From: an uncultured Gemmatimonadota bacterium
Lineage (GTDB): Bacteria; Blakebacterota; Blakebacteria; Blakebacterales; Blakebacteraceae
NCBI GenBank assembly: GCA_964576115.1
Contig: CAZNUA010000007.1
Span: forward strand, 62,001-115,509
DNA: 53,509 nucleotides
Direction: 5' to 3'
A program made the position numbers and the translations under genes. Position 1 is the stretch's first letter, and each line of letters begins with the position of its first letter. The notes beneath the pieces were generated by a model, which was not told where the DNA came from, did not search any database, and saw only the letters and a list, made by a program, of their open reading frames with translations. This document shows, piece after piece, positions 25,807 to 35,320 of the stretch.

Positions 25807-26898
25807 TCAATCGATCCGATAGAGAACCGCGACCGGCACGCCCTCGGCGGTAAACCCGCTCGCGACCAGCCAGGGCCCGCGGATATCGTACCGGCTGATC
25901 ACCCGGTCGACCTCGACTTCTCCGAGAAAGGAACCGTCAGGGGCAAAGAGGTCGAACACCGAGCGGTTTTCATCACCCCGCCCGGTCAGAATCCAGAGTC
26001 GTTCCGTGTCATCGAAACGCAGAGCGTCGGCATAGAAATAGTGCTTGAGAGGATCGGTCTCGGGCCGGGTCATCATAGCTTCCCTTCCCCCTTCTCGGGC
26101 GATCCGATCCGCCCCCTGTTCCAGCCTCTCTTCTTCCCTTTCGATCTCTTCGTCGGTCTTGTGCCTGCGCGCGATCTCCCTCTCGATCGTCCGCAGGGGA
26201 CGTCCTTTCGAATCGAAGATCCTGATCTCATAGGCGAGGTCTCCATCGCCGATCGCGAGTACGCCCCCCGGTCCCGCGGCGAGCGGGTAGAACATGGCCG
26301 GGGAACCATCCACTTTCAGCGGCCACTCCTCGACCCTCATGACATCTTCCAGCTCGTTCCCGTCCGTGGTCGGCTTCGAGATGACGGTCGAGAAGGTCCG
26401 GAAGTCGAGATGGACGTAGTAGAGGGCGATGCCGGTCGGGTCGCCGACCGCACTCCTCAGTGTGGACGAACCGATAGCGGGAATCGGCCGGGTGTCGAGC
26501 AGGGATCCATCCGGCCCAAAACGCGTCACCCGGTTCAGGCGCATATCCAGAACCGTGAACGAACCGTCGGGGGCAAGCAGCAGAGCGATCGGCAAACGGG
26601 TCTCGCCCGGCCCGGACCCCTCGATCCCGGTCTCGATGAAACAGGTTCCCTCACGGTCGAAGGCCCTGATACGGGGAGCGAGGGCATCCAGGACGAAGAT
26701 CTCGCCGTCAGGACCGGCAGTGACCGACTGGATGCGGGAGAAAAGCGCCGGCCCCTCATCAGCCTCGGCCCCGATGATCCTGACCTCCTGCAGTCGGGGA
26801 AGTGCCGATTGAGCGATGACCTGACCCGACAGTGCCGGCGAGAGACAACACAGCAGGCCCCACACACAACACCCCGAGCAGATGCGAAACGATCTCAT
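25807..26898 (-). CDS. Exported six-bladed beta-propeller (NHL/TolB-like) protein
   Basis: Signal peptide. Motifs DGEIFVLD...IRAFDREG, GIEGSGPGE, FDLFAPDGSFLGEV. Confidence 0.8.
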   Translation of the reverse strand: MRSFRICSGCCVWGLLCCLSPALSGQVIAQSALPRLQEVRIIGAEADEGPALFSRIQSVTAGPDGEIFVLDALAPRIRAFDREGTCFIETGIEGSGPGETRLPIALLLAPDGSFTVLDMRLNRVTRFGPDGSLLDTRPIPAIGSSTLRSAVGDPTGIALYYVHLDFRTFSTVISKPTTDGNELEDVMRVEEWPLKVDGSPAMFYPLAAGPGGVLAIGDGDLAYEIRIFDSKGRPLRTIEREIARRHKTDEEIEREEERLEQGADRIAREGGREAMMTRPETDPLKHYFYADALRFDDTERLWILTGRGDENRSVFDLFAPDGSFLGEVEVDRVISRYDIRGPWLVASGFTAEGVPVAVLYRID

Positions 26899-26948
26899 CT
26901 GAAGATGTCCTTTCCGTCCCGGGCCGGGCGGCATTCTCTGTTATGGAG

Positions 26949-28883
26949 TTACTTTTCCTTGTTGCTGTTCCGGATCTCTTCCGCGACCCGTCGGGCCGCC
27001 TGCCTGACATCGGTGTCAGTATCTTCACGACCGACCAGATCGCAGAGATATAGCGCATTCGGGGTGCCGAGCATCCCCAGAGCTTCGACGGCCGCGATCC
27101 GGGCGTAGGGGTGAGGATCCTTGCGGGCGGTTGCATTCAACGCGCTCTGAACATCCTTGACCGGTTCGCCGATTGCACCCAGAGCGTGCGCGGCCACGGC
27201 CCGGATCTTGACGAACTCGTCCCCGATGAGAATCAGGTTCGCCTCGATGAGCGCTTTATCGGGCAGCGAGGCGACGGCCTCGGCCCCGGCCATGCGGAAC
27301 TCGTCCTCGGGTTCGCCGGCAAGGGTCTGCGCGATCCGCCGGCCCAGATCCATCCGGGTCTCGTCCCCGGCCTGCGAGAGCGCCTTCATGACCGCGAACC
27401 AGCCGCCCTTCCACCCCACCCGGTCGAGTTCGGCCCGGAAAGCATCACGGAGAACGGTTTGAGGACCGGCGTAGCATTCCACGAGCCACTCGACCGCCTC
27501 GGCGAGCACAGCCGGAACATGATCTTCGAGAACGACTGTGAAGAGCAGCGGCACTGTCCCGGCTTCGGCTCTTCGGCCCAGGGCCCGGACGGCTTCGTGT
27601 CTCACGGTCGGCTCGGGATCGGTAACCAGCCGGGCCAGGATCTCCCGGGACCGGCGGGATCGATCGGCGGCCATCGCCCGGGCTGCGGCCGCTCTGACGG
27701 CGGGATCGGGGGACCGGGCATCGCTCAGGTCATCGGCGAGGCCGGCCTCGAGCTCCGGTGATCTGCCGAGTTGAGCGGTGTATTGCTGGAGCGCGGAAGG
27801 GTCCGATTTCCAGGGTACGATCAGACCCAGGGGAAGGCTCAGGCAGGCACAGGCGACGATGACCGCCGGCGTGGCAAGGCGCCCCGGTTCACTGCGGCGG
27901 CGGTCCGGATCCAGAATGAAAAGCAACCTGTCCTTCAGACTGCCTCCCTGAGAGAGCGCGGCCCCGGCCTGGAGCGGGTTGCGGAGCACTCCGGGGGTAC
28001 CGGCCAGGGCGAGCAGCTGGCCGGCGTACTCCGAGGGTCGCGAGCCGTCGGCCAGCACAGCGTCGTCACAGGTACGTTCCCGTTCGATCCGCAACCGGCC
28101 GGCTGCGAACCAGACAGCGGGATTGAACCAGAAGAGGGTGAGGACCACCTGACTCAGCGTTTCGAACAGCGCGTCCCGGCGCCTGATGTGCGTCAGCTCG
28201 TGTACCAGCACGCAGCGCAGGGCTCCCTTATCCCACTCCCCGGCCCCGGCCGGTAAAACGATCTGCGGACGGCGCACTCCGCGGGTGAAGGCGACCGGCG
28301 CCCTAGCCGAAAGCCCGATCTCGACCGGCCCTGTGATCCCGATCCGATGCGCGGTACGCGCGAGCAGACCGGTTATCTCAGCCCGGGTGCAGGCTCGGCA
28401 CGACGTGCACAGGCGGGCAAGCATCCAGCGCCCGGCGGCATAGCGCAGAGCGAGGAGCGAAAGACCGGCGACCCAGAGCAGAGCGGCCCAGGTGACCCAG
28501 GGCAGACGAGGAAGGACGAGACGATCCTTCCGGTTCGCGTCAGGGTAATCGGCTGCTGGAGTGATGGTTTCGTCCAGAGCCGGCGGATCGACAGTACGAG
28601 CAGCAGGCAGCACCGTCGCCCCCGCCGGGGTTGCGTCCCCGGCGGTGATGAAATCGGGCAGCAGGGGCACCTTGAGGGAGGGTCCCGCCAGCGCGAGCAA
28701 CGGCAGGATGAGCAGAGCAGTGATGACCGCGTTCCACACCAGACTGCGCACGGCGGCAGCGGCCCGGCGCAGGAGTAGTGTCACACCAACCGCACAGATG
28801 ACGAGCAGACTCCCCTTGAGGGCGAGATCGAACAGACAGAGCGTCAGGGGAGCGGTAATGTCGGAGTCGAGCAGATCCACCAC
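26949..28883 (-). CDS. BlaR1/MecR1-type M56 peptidase fused to C-terminal HEAT repeats
   Basis: Motifs RPQIVLP, VLVHELTHIRRRD (HExxH), WFNPAVW, ERERTCDD, YAGQLL. HEAT repeats DPAVRAAAARAM, DPEPTVRHEAVRALG, IRAVAAHALG. Confidence 0.9.
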   Translation of the reverse strand: MVDLLDSDITAPLTLCLFDLALKGSLLVICAVGVTLLLRRAAAAVRSLVWNAVITALLILPLLALAGPSLKVPLLPDFITAGDATPAGATVLPAARTVDPPALDETITPAADYPDANRKDRLVLPRLPWVTWAALLWVAGLSLLALRYAAGRWMLARLCTSCRACTRAEITGLLARTAHRIGITGPVEIGLSARAPVAFTRGVRRPQIVLPAGAGEWDKGALRCVLVHELTHIRRRDALFETLSQVVLTLFWFNPAVWFAAGRLRIERERTCDDAVLADGSRPSEYAGQLLALAGTPGVLRNPLQAGAALSQGGSLKDRLLFILDPDRRRSEPGRLATPAVIVACACLSLPLGLIVPWKSDPSALQQYTAQLGRSPELEAGLADDLSDARSPDPAVRAAAARAMAADRSRRSREILARLVTDPEPTVRHEAVRALGRRAEAGTVPLLFTVVLEDHVPAVLAEAVEWLVECYAGPQTVLRDAFRAELDRVGWKGGWFAVMKALSQAGDETRMDLGRRIAQTLAGEPEDEFRMAGAEAVASLPDKALIEANLILIGDEFVKIRAVAAHALGAIGEPVKDVQSALNATARKDPHPYARIAAVEALGMLGTPNALYLCDLVGREDTDTDVRQAARRVAEEIRNSNKEK

Positions 28884-29275
28884 TAACGGCCCCGGCGGCG
28901 CTCGTCGTCGATCAGGCGCGCTATCTCTTCACGCTCGTCCTCGCTCAGGTCGCTCTTCGATCGGTCGAGCAGGGCCACTACCGCCCGGGAGGCCGAGCCC
29001 ATGAAGAAAGTCTCGAGCAGGTGATCGAGAGCCCGCGAACGCGCTTTCTCCTCGGGGATGACCGGGGAGTAGACAAAGCGCTTGCCCTTCCGGACGTGAG
29101 TGAGCAGGCCCCGGGTTTCGATCTTCTTCAGGAGCGTACGCACGGTCGCATTGGTGGGGGCATCGGGCAGGTGCTCCTCGACCTCGACCGCGGAAGCTTG
29201 ACCGAGCCGGTAGATGATCTCGAGGATCTGCCGCTCCCGCCGGGGCAGGTCGGCGAAGGGTTCCCGGTTCGTCAT
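28883..29275 (-). CDS. BlaI/MecI/CopY family transcriptional repressor
   Basis: LPRRERQILEIIY...TVRTLLKKIETRGLLTH...GKRFVYSP...LLETFFMGS. RBS before ATG 29275, and coupled to the M56 gene. Confidence 0.93.
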   Translation of the reverse strand: MTNREPFADLPRRERQILEIIYRLGQASAVEVEEHLPDAPTNATVRTLLKKIETRGLLTHVRKGKRFVYSPVIPEEKARSRALDHLLETFFMGSASRAVVALLDRSKSDLSEDEREEIARLIDDERRRGR

Positions 29276-29321
29276 CTTGTCTCCCCTGAGTGAAAGGGAT
29301 CGATATCGGGCGCATCCCGAC

Positions 29322-29343
29322 ATATGTGAATTCCTTCACATAT
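29322..29343. promoter_or_regulatory. Palindrome ATATGTGAA-TTCC-TTCACATAT (core TGTGA-N6-TCACA), candidate BlaI operator
   Basis: Perfect 9-bp arms, lying just downstream of a minus-strand TGCAAC-N16-CGTGT promoter (29346-29372). Confidence 0.65.
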
Positions 29344-29379
29344 ATACACGGTTCATTCATCGAACAGTTGCACCCGAAT

Positions 29380-30435
29380 TCACCGTCCGTCGACCGGGAT
29401 CCGACCACCCGCTCGTTCAATGGTGAATACCTTGAATGTCAGCAGGACCGTATAGAGATACTCTCCCGTCCAGTGCATGGCGTGGACCGGTTCCCGCATC
29501 CCGCCCACGAACCGCGGGGTGCGGGGATCGGCGATATCGACCGCCACGATCTCGTCGTCTCCGTGGCAGAAGAGGAGCAGATTGTCGGCCGCCGTCAGTT
29601 TGTGGATCTGGCCGGACCAGTCGTCGTAGCCCCCGAGGCTGGACAGGTACCGCGGGGTAAGAGGATCGGTCACATCATAGAAGTCCATCGCCGTCCGGGT
29701 GCCGACGATGAGCAGATTGTTGAAGACCAGACTTTCGCACAGCCGGTTGCGCAGCTCCGGAGGCCGGGAAGGATCATCGTGCGCTCCGGTCCCCGGTACC
29801 GTCATCACCCGGACCGGTGCGGCCGGATCGGAGATATCGAGCACTTCCAGGCCACCATGCAGGTGGGCCAGATACGCTGCCTCATTATTGAGAAGGACCT
29901 GGACGTACCCGCCGTCGGTCCGCCCGGAGTACCGACCGAGCAGACTCGGTCGGATCGGATCGCGGATATCGAGCACCTCCAGACCGCGGTCATAGATGAC
30001 CGTAAAGAGCAGGGTGCCGCGGGCGGCCAGGCCGGCACACCGGTTCCCCCGTCCGTATACCTCCACTACCTCGGCTTCACCGGTACGGCCGATGTCCAAG
30101 ATCTGAAGCCCTCCGGACTGGAGGTAGAGATGATCCCCTATCCGGGCTATCTCGAAGGCATTCCCTCCGAGGGAGAGAGCCTCGCGCAGGACCGGACGGT
30201 GTGGATCGGAGAGATCGACGATATCGAGACCTTCCATCGTGCTGATGAAGGCCTGGTGGTCATCAACGACCATGAAGTTGCCGAAATGCAGATCGCACTC
30301 GCCGATACAGGTCAGGATGTCGCTCCCTTGAGCCGATACCACCCCCGGGGTACACCCGCAGACCGGCAGGGTGACAAAGGCGAAGCAGACGCTGCGGATG
30401 ACAGGGATGAAGCGGGCCGGAACGGTTCTGGACAT
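29380..30435 (-). CDS. LVIVD-repeat exported beta-propeller protein
   Basis: Repeats GLDIVDLSDP, GLQILDI, GLEVLDIRDP, GLEVLDISDP, IVAVDIADP. AAGGAG RBS. Confidence 0.85.
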   Translation of the reverse strand: MSRTVPARFIPVIRSVCFAFVTLPVCGCTPGVVSAQGSDILTCIGECDLHFGNFMVVDDHQAFISTMEGLDIVDLSDPHRPVLREALSLGGNAFEIARIGDHLYLQSGGLQILDIGRTGEAEVVEVYGRGNRCAGLAARGTLLFTVIYDRGLEVLDIRDPIRPSLLGRYSGRTDGGYVQVLLNNEAAYLAHLHGGLEVLDISDPAAPVRVMTVPGTGAHDDPSRPPELRNRLCESLVFNNLLIVGTRTAMDFYDVTDPLTPRYLSSLGGYDDWSGQIHKLTAADNLLLFCHGDDEIVAVDIADPRTPRFVGGMREPVHAMHWTGEYLYTVLLTFKVFTIERAGGRIPVDGR

Positions 30436-30450
30436 GCTACAACTCCTTTA

Positions 30451-30468
30451 ATGTTACTTTTATCACAT
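30451..30468. promoter_or_regulatory. Second operator copy, TGTTA-N6-TCACA
   Basis: ATGTTACTTTTATCACAT in an AT-rich island upstream of the LVIVD gene. One mismatch to the core of the blaI box. Confidence 0.55.
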
Positions 30469-30659
30469 ATTATCTCTACGGGTCCACCCCGAAAGAAGAT
30501 TCCCGGATCGTCATCGTATTTCCGATTGAAGTCCGGAGGGATCGGTCATCGACTCTCACTGCTATACTCGGCCGCACTAAACACCGGGAAATGTTGTTCG
30601 CTCCCTGGGATATACAGGCCCGCAAACAGCACCGCCCATATCCCCATGGAGGCCGACAG

Positions 30660-31916
30660 ATGAGGTGTGCCCCATCTATCGCCAGGTTGTTGCTTGGCAC
30701 CATACTCTTCCCCGTCTGCTGCTCTCCGGTAGGCCTCCAGGCCCAGCACTTCAGGGTCGTGACCGAGGGGGAGACACAGATTGCGTTCAATACCGGAGGT
30801 TCCCGCTATCCCGGTGATCTTTTTCGGCTCGAGATCGAGAGAAGCCTCGTTCAGGATACGGATCGGGAAGAATCACTTCTCTTCGGCCCGAGAAATTTCG
30901 TCGTCGATGATGACGGCTACGCCTATGTCGCCGACTCTCGCAACCATCGCCTGGCCCTTTTCGATCCCGCCGACGGATACCTGCGTTCGTACGGGAGCGA
31001 GGGCGACGGGCCGGGAGCCTTCCGGGAACTCTCCATCCAGGCTTTCCATGAGGGTGTTCTCCACCTGCACGATCGCAGCCTGAACCGAACGACCCTGATG
31101 AACACCGACGGTTCACTCGTGGACCTGCTGACCACTCCCCCGATGGGACGGATCACGGCCTACCGCTATCTGCGTCCGGGCGGGGGAGTCATCGTTCTCA
31201 CCTCGCAGGAAGATATGCGCGAAGGACACCGCTGGGGAACCGTCAGGGCCGCCCTCTTCGACGCCGCAGGCGATACGATCACGGTCCTGTCCTGCCCTTC
31301 GGCAGATATCGGCACGTACGTGGAGTTTTATCATCCGGACGGTTCATTCCGTAGCCGGGCAAACCAGTACACCCGGTATGCCGGATTCCCCCAGGCGGGT
31401 TATCATCCGAAAACCGGCATCGTCCTGGTGAACGGTCAGGTGCCCGAATTCGATATCTACCGGACCGACGGCACTCTCGACCGTCATGTTGTCCTGGATC
31501 TGGCGCCCGAACGCATTCCCCGATCAGAGATTCGTCTCGAACGGGCGGACCATGAAGAGCGGATCAGGGAGAGCACGGGCATGCAGCGGGAAATGGCCGA
31601 AGCTTCCCGCGATGCGCGCGAGTGGCGGAGGACCCGGGCTTTCTGGGAGGGTCTGCTCTTCGACGATCACGGGAATATCTGGTTGCAGGTCGTTGAGGGC
31701 CGCCTCACCAACATCGAGAACGACTCCCGCCGGCTCTTCGATGTCATCTCTCCCAGAGGTGAGCACCTGGGCCGGACACGGCTGCCGGGACGATATACTG
31801 ACCTGACAATCTGCCACGGATATGTGTGTGCCATCGAGCGTAACAGCGAGACCGGCGAGCCGGTTCCCACCCTGTACCGGCTCATCCCCCAGGCGGAGGG
31901 TTTCATCTATCCGTGA
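30660..31916 (+). CDS. Exported six-bladed beta-propeller (NHL-like) protein
   Basis: GGAGG RBS, ATG 30660, signal peptide. Motifs DGYAYVADSRNHRLALFD, GSEGDGPGAF, FDVISPRGEHLG. Confidence 0.8.
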   Translation: MRCAPSIARLLLGTILFPVCCSPVGLQAQHFRVVTEGETQIAFNTGGSRYPGDLFRLEIERSLVQDTDREESLLFGPRNFVVDDDGYAYVADSRNHRLALFDPADGYLRSYGSEGDGPGAFRELSIQAFHEGVLHLHDRSLNRTTLMNTDGSLVDLLTTPPMGRITAYRYLRPGGGVIVLTSQEDMREGHRWGTVRAALFDAAGDTITVLSCPSADIGTYVEFYHPDGSFRSRANQYTRYAGFPQAGYHPKTGIVLVNGQVPEFDIYRTDGTLDRHVVLDLAPERIPRSEIRLERADHEERIRESTGMQREMAEASRDAREWRRTRAFWEGLLFDDHGNIWLQVVEGRLTNIENDSRRLFDVISPRGEHLGRTRLPGRYTDLTICHGYVCAIERNSETGEPVPTLYRLIPQAEGFIYP

Positions 31917-32027
31917 CAGGCCTTGATCGGAGCCCTCGAGCTTCGATCGGGAGAACGGCATTCCTGTCCGAACCTGCTGGTAGTCTTCAATTGGAGGGGT
32001 GTCGGCAACGGCAGGATGGTGAGGGCG

Positions 32028-33623
32028 ATGGACGGATTCTTCGCGGGATTGGATGTTTCCACCCAGAGCACCAAGCTGGTCGTGATCGATGCCGGTGCGG
32101 GGACGGTGATCCACGTCGACGTGGTCAACTACGACGAGGACCTGCCCCACTACGGCACCCGGGACGGCACCATTCCCGACCTCGGCGAGGGGGTATCGGA
32201 ATCCGATCCCCGGATGTGGCTCGAGGCGGTCGACACCCTGCTGGGCCGGCTGAAGATGAGCCGGATCCGGGGCGAAGAAATCCGGGCCCTGGCGGTCTCG
32301 GGCCAGCAACACGGTCTGGTCGCCCTCGATGCCGACGGCGAGCTGGCTCGCCCGACGGCCAAGTTGTGGAACGATTTCTCCACCCACGAGGAGTGCCAAC
32401 TGCTGACCGATGCCGTCGGCGGCGACGAGGCCATGATCGCTGAGGTGGGCAACACCCAGCGCACCGGCTATACCGCCCCGAAGATTCTGCATCTCAAACG
32501 CCACGAACCGGAGAACTACGAACGGGCCGCCACGCTCTTCCTGGTCCACAACTACATCAACTGGTACCTGACCGGAGGCCCCGACGGTGGCGTGCGCGTC
32601 ATGGAACCGGGGGATACCTCGGGCACCGCCCTCTGGCACCCCAGGCACCGGGAGTTCTCCGGCCTGGTCCTGGCGGCAATCAGTCCCGAACTGCGGAGCA
32701 AGCTGCCGCCCGTGCGTTCCTCGGACGAGACGATCGGCACCCTCGCCCCCGCCCTGGCCGAGCGCTTCGGCCTCTCCCCGACCTGCCGGATCGACGCCGG
32801 GAGCGGGGACAACATGTACGGCGCTATTGGGACCGGGAACTACGCGCCCGGTATCGTCACGGTGAGCCTGGGCACCAGCGGCACCGCCTACACCTTCATG
32901 GAGGAGCCCTTTATCGATCCCACCGGCGAGATCGCCGCCTTCTGTGACGCCACCAGCCACTGGCTCCCCCTGCTCTGCGTGTCCAACATGGCCAACGGTT
33001 ACGCCGCGGTACGGCGCGAGTTCGATCTGGATCACGAGGCTTTCGATGACCTCGTCCAGAAGGGCGAGACTACCAACGGGAGCCGTATCCTGGTGCCGTG
33101 GTATGAAGGGGAACGCACACCCGATCTGCCCCTGGCCGCCCCCGTCTGCTTCGGTTTCAGTCCCGGCGACTTCACTCCCGAGAACCTCTGCCGGGCTGTT
33201 CTCGACGGTCACGTCCTGAACCTCTGGGCGGGTTTCTCCCGCATGCCCGTCGAGCCCCGCCAGATCCATCTCACCGGCGGGCTGACCCGCTCCAGAGCCT
33301 GGGGCTGTGCCATCTCCGAGATCTTCGGCGCCGAGACGGTGCCGGTCGAGGGCGAGGGGGCCGCCCTCGGGGCGGCGATCCACGCCGCCTGGGTGTGGTT
33401 CAAGGAAGCAGACAAGCCCGTGCCGCTGGCCGAGCTGGCCGAACCGCTGCTGCAGTTCGATACCGGCCGGCGCTGTCGGCCGCGGCCCGAAACCCGGGCG
33501 GCCCGCGACCTGCAGAAGCGGCTCTATCTGGCCGTCACCAGCCGTCTGCGGGGGCTGGAGGGTGAAGATCCCTTCGCCCTGCGCCATGCCCTGTTGACTC
33601 TGAACCGGGAGAACGGATCGTGA
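32028..33623 (+). CDS. xylB: Xylulokinase (FGGY carbohydrate kinase)
   Basis: Motifs GLDVSTQSTK, VSGQQHG, KLWND, GYTAPK, GSGDNM, SLGTSGT, GERTPDLP. Confidence 0.8.
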   Translation: MDGFFAGLDVSTQSTKLVVIDAGAGTVIHVDVVNYDEDLPHYGTRDGTIPDLGEGVSESDPRMWLEAVDTLLGRLKMSRIRGEEIRALAVSGQQHGLVALDADGELARPTAKLWNDFSTHEECQLLTDAVGGDEAMIAEVGNTQRTGYTAPKILHLKRHEPENYERAATLFLVHNYINWYLTGGPDGGVRVMEPGDTSGTALWHPRHREFSGLVLAAISPELRSKLPPVRSSDETIGTLAPALAERFGLSPTCRIDAGSGDNMYGAIGTGNYAPGIVTVSLGTSGTAYTFMEEPFIDPTGEIAAFCDATSHWLPLLCVSNMANGYAAVRREFDLDHEAFDDLVQKGETTNGSRILVPWYEGERTPDLPLAAPVCFGFSPGDFTPENLCRAVLDGHVLNLWAGFSRMPVEPRQIHLTGGLTRSRAWGCAISEIFGAETVPVEGEGAALGAAIHAAWVWFKEADKPVPLAELAEPLLQFDTGRRCRPRPETRAARDLQKRLYLAVTSRLRGLEGEDPFALRHALLTLNRENGS

Positions 33624-33636
33624 TCCGCACCCTGAC

Positions 33637-33828
33637 CCGCCGGGTACAGAGGGCGATTCCTTCATGCCCTATTTCCGCGCTCTGGCCAGCATCGGCTATA
33701 CCGGCCGGCTCTCGATCGAGTGCGGCTGGGACGATCTGGCCGCCCAGCTCCCCCGGGCGGTGGCCACCCTGCGCGAGCAGATGGCGCAGATCGGCCAGCA
33801 CCCCCTTGCCAGGAGCCTGTTGGAGTAA
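33637..33828 (+). pseudogene. C-terminal fragment of a sugar-phosphate isomerase/epimerase (AP_endonuc_2 TIM barrel)
   Basis: Not in the ORF track. Translates PPGTEGDSFMPYFRALASIGYTGRLSIECGWDDLAAQLPRAVATLREQM...*. GYxGxxSIE is the last barrel strand of this family. The frame is closed upstream at 33601. Confidence 0.7.
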
Positions 33829-33836
33829 CCCCCCTC

Positions 33837-35210
33837 CTAACGGACCACGTACGGCCGGCGGTACTCCCGGGTCAGCAGAGCGTCGGCTTCACGGTCACTC
33901 ACGAACCGCTCCCGGATCGGATCGTATTCCAGCTTGCGTCCCACCCGATACGAGATATTGGCCAGGTGGTGAAGCCGGTCGGAGCGGAAACCGGTCGCCA
34001 CGGGGCAGGTCAGGTCGGCCTGGTTGCCGGTCCGTACGGCATAGATGAAGTTGGCGAAGTGGTTGCCCCCCCCCGAACCGCCCAGGTTCATCGGGTCGGC
34101 CGCCGCCTCGACCGTGTCCGAACCGGGCCCCGGTTCGTTCTCGCGGCCGAAATAACTCTGCCAGTTCGTGCCGTCCAGATGCAGCCACCCCTCGGTCCCG
34201 AAGAAGAGGTTCCCGATCCGGATCCCGTCCTCGGCTCCTGTGTAGAGCCCCCGGACTTCAAACTGCAGAATCCTGCCGTCGGCGTACTCGAGTACGGCGG
34301 TCTGGGTGTTGGGAGTCTCCTGGGCCGAGTCGAAAGCGAAGTAACCTCCCGCCGAATGGATGAACCGGGGCGGTTCGTCGATATCGAGACCCCAGCGGGC
34401 GATGTCCCACTGGTGGGGGCCCTGGTTACCGATGTCGCCGCAGCCGTAATCCCAGTGCCAGTGCCAGTTGTAGTGAAAGCGGTTCTGGTTGAAGGGCCGT
34501 TCGGGGGCCGGCCCCAGCCAGAGGTCGTAGTGTACCCCCTCGGGGACCGGGCTGTCGGGAAAGCGCCCGATCGAATCGCGCGGCTTGAAACAGAGCCCTT
34601 TGGCCATGTAGACCTCGCCGATGCCGCCCGAATGCAGGAACGCCATGGCCTGACGCACGTTGCGTAGCGACCGGTTCTGCATGCCCACCGCCACCACCCG
34701 GCCGGTGCGGGCCTGGGCTTCGACCATCCGGTGGCCCTCGAAGATGTTGTGACAGCAGGGCTTCTCGCTGTAGACATGCTTGCCCGCCTCAACCGACCAG
34801 ATCGTCGCCAGGGCGTGCCAGTGATTGGGGGTGGCGATGGCTACGGCGTCGATGTCCCGGTCCTCGAGCATGCGGCGCAGATCCCACGCGGTACCGGGGG
34901 GAGTATCCTGAATGCCTTCGAGCCGGGCGATCGTATCGGCGAAGAGATTCTCGTCGACATCCACGATGGTTTTGATGTGCACCCCCGGCAGTCCGGCGAA
35001 ACCGGTCATGAGCTGGGCGCCGCGACTGCGGATGCCGATCACGGCCATGACGACCCGATCGTTGGCACCCTGGATGCCGGCGCCCGCCGACGGTGCCGGC
35101 AGAGCCGAGACCTTTGCCGCCAGCGTACCCCCGGCGGCGAGCCCCGCGGCAGCCCGGGCGCTGCGGGCCATGAACTCACGACGCGAGGTGGAGCTTCGAC
35201 GAACTGACAT
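33837..35210 (-). CDS. Tat-exported Gfo/Idh/MocA oxidoreductase
   Basis: SRREFM Tat motif. Motifs IATPNHWH, GKHVYSEKP, GMQNRS, DLWLGPAP, WHWDYGCGDIGNQGPH. Confidence 0.92.
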   Translation of the reverse strand: MSVRRSSTSRREFMARSARAAAGLAAGGTLAAKVSALPAPSAGAGIQGANDRVVMAVIGIRSRGAQLMTGFAGLPGVHIKTIVDVDENLFADTIARLEGIQDTPPGTAWDLRRMLEDRDIDAVAIATPNHWHALATIWSVEAGKHVYSEKPCCHNIFEGHRMVEAQARTGRVVAVGMQNRSLRNVRQAMAFLHSGGIGEVYMAKGLCFKPRDSIGRFPDSPVPEGVHYDLWLGPAPERPFNQNRFHYNWHWHWDYGCGDIGNQGPHQWDIARWGLDIDEPPRFIHSAGGYFAFDSAQETPNTQTAVLEYADGRILQFEVRGLYTGAEDGIRIGNLFFGTEGWLHLDGTNWQSYFGRENEPGPGSDTVEAAADPMNLGGSGGGNHFANFIYAVRTGNQADLTCPVATGFRSDRLHHLANISYRVGRKLEYDPIRERFVSDREADALLTREYRRPYVVR

Positions 35211-35320
35211 GACGCAACCTCCTCTTCCGTATTCCCCGGTCCCGCTGTAATCCCCTGTTTCGACCTTTCTGCGTATCCCTGTGCCGGTGTCCCCGCCCGT
35301 CGGCGGGCCGGATTCCGGAT

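Noticed and set aside
31524-33665. 713-aa minus-strand ORF, and similar long antisense ORFs (9775-11259, 14086-15417, 29290-30663, 51460-53082)
   Set aside because: They lie opposite well-supported genes, have no recognisable motifs, and are expected in high-GC DNA with few antisense stops.
35211-35320. Loose GGGA(T/A)TAC-like repeats upstream of the Gfo/Idh/MocA gene
   Set aside because: Too degenerate and irregularly spaced to call an operator or array.
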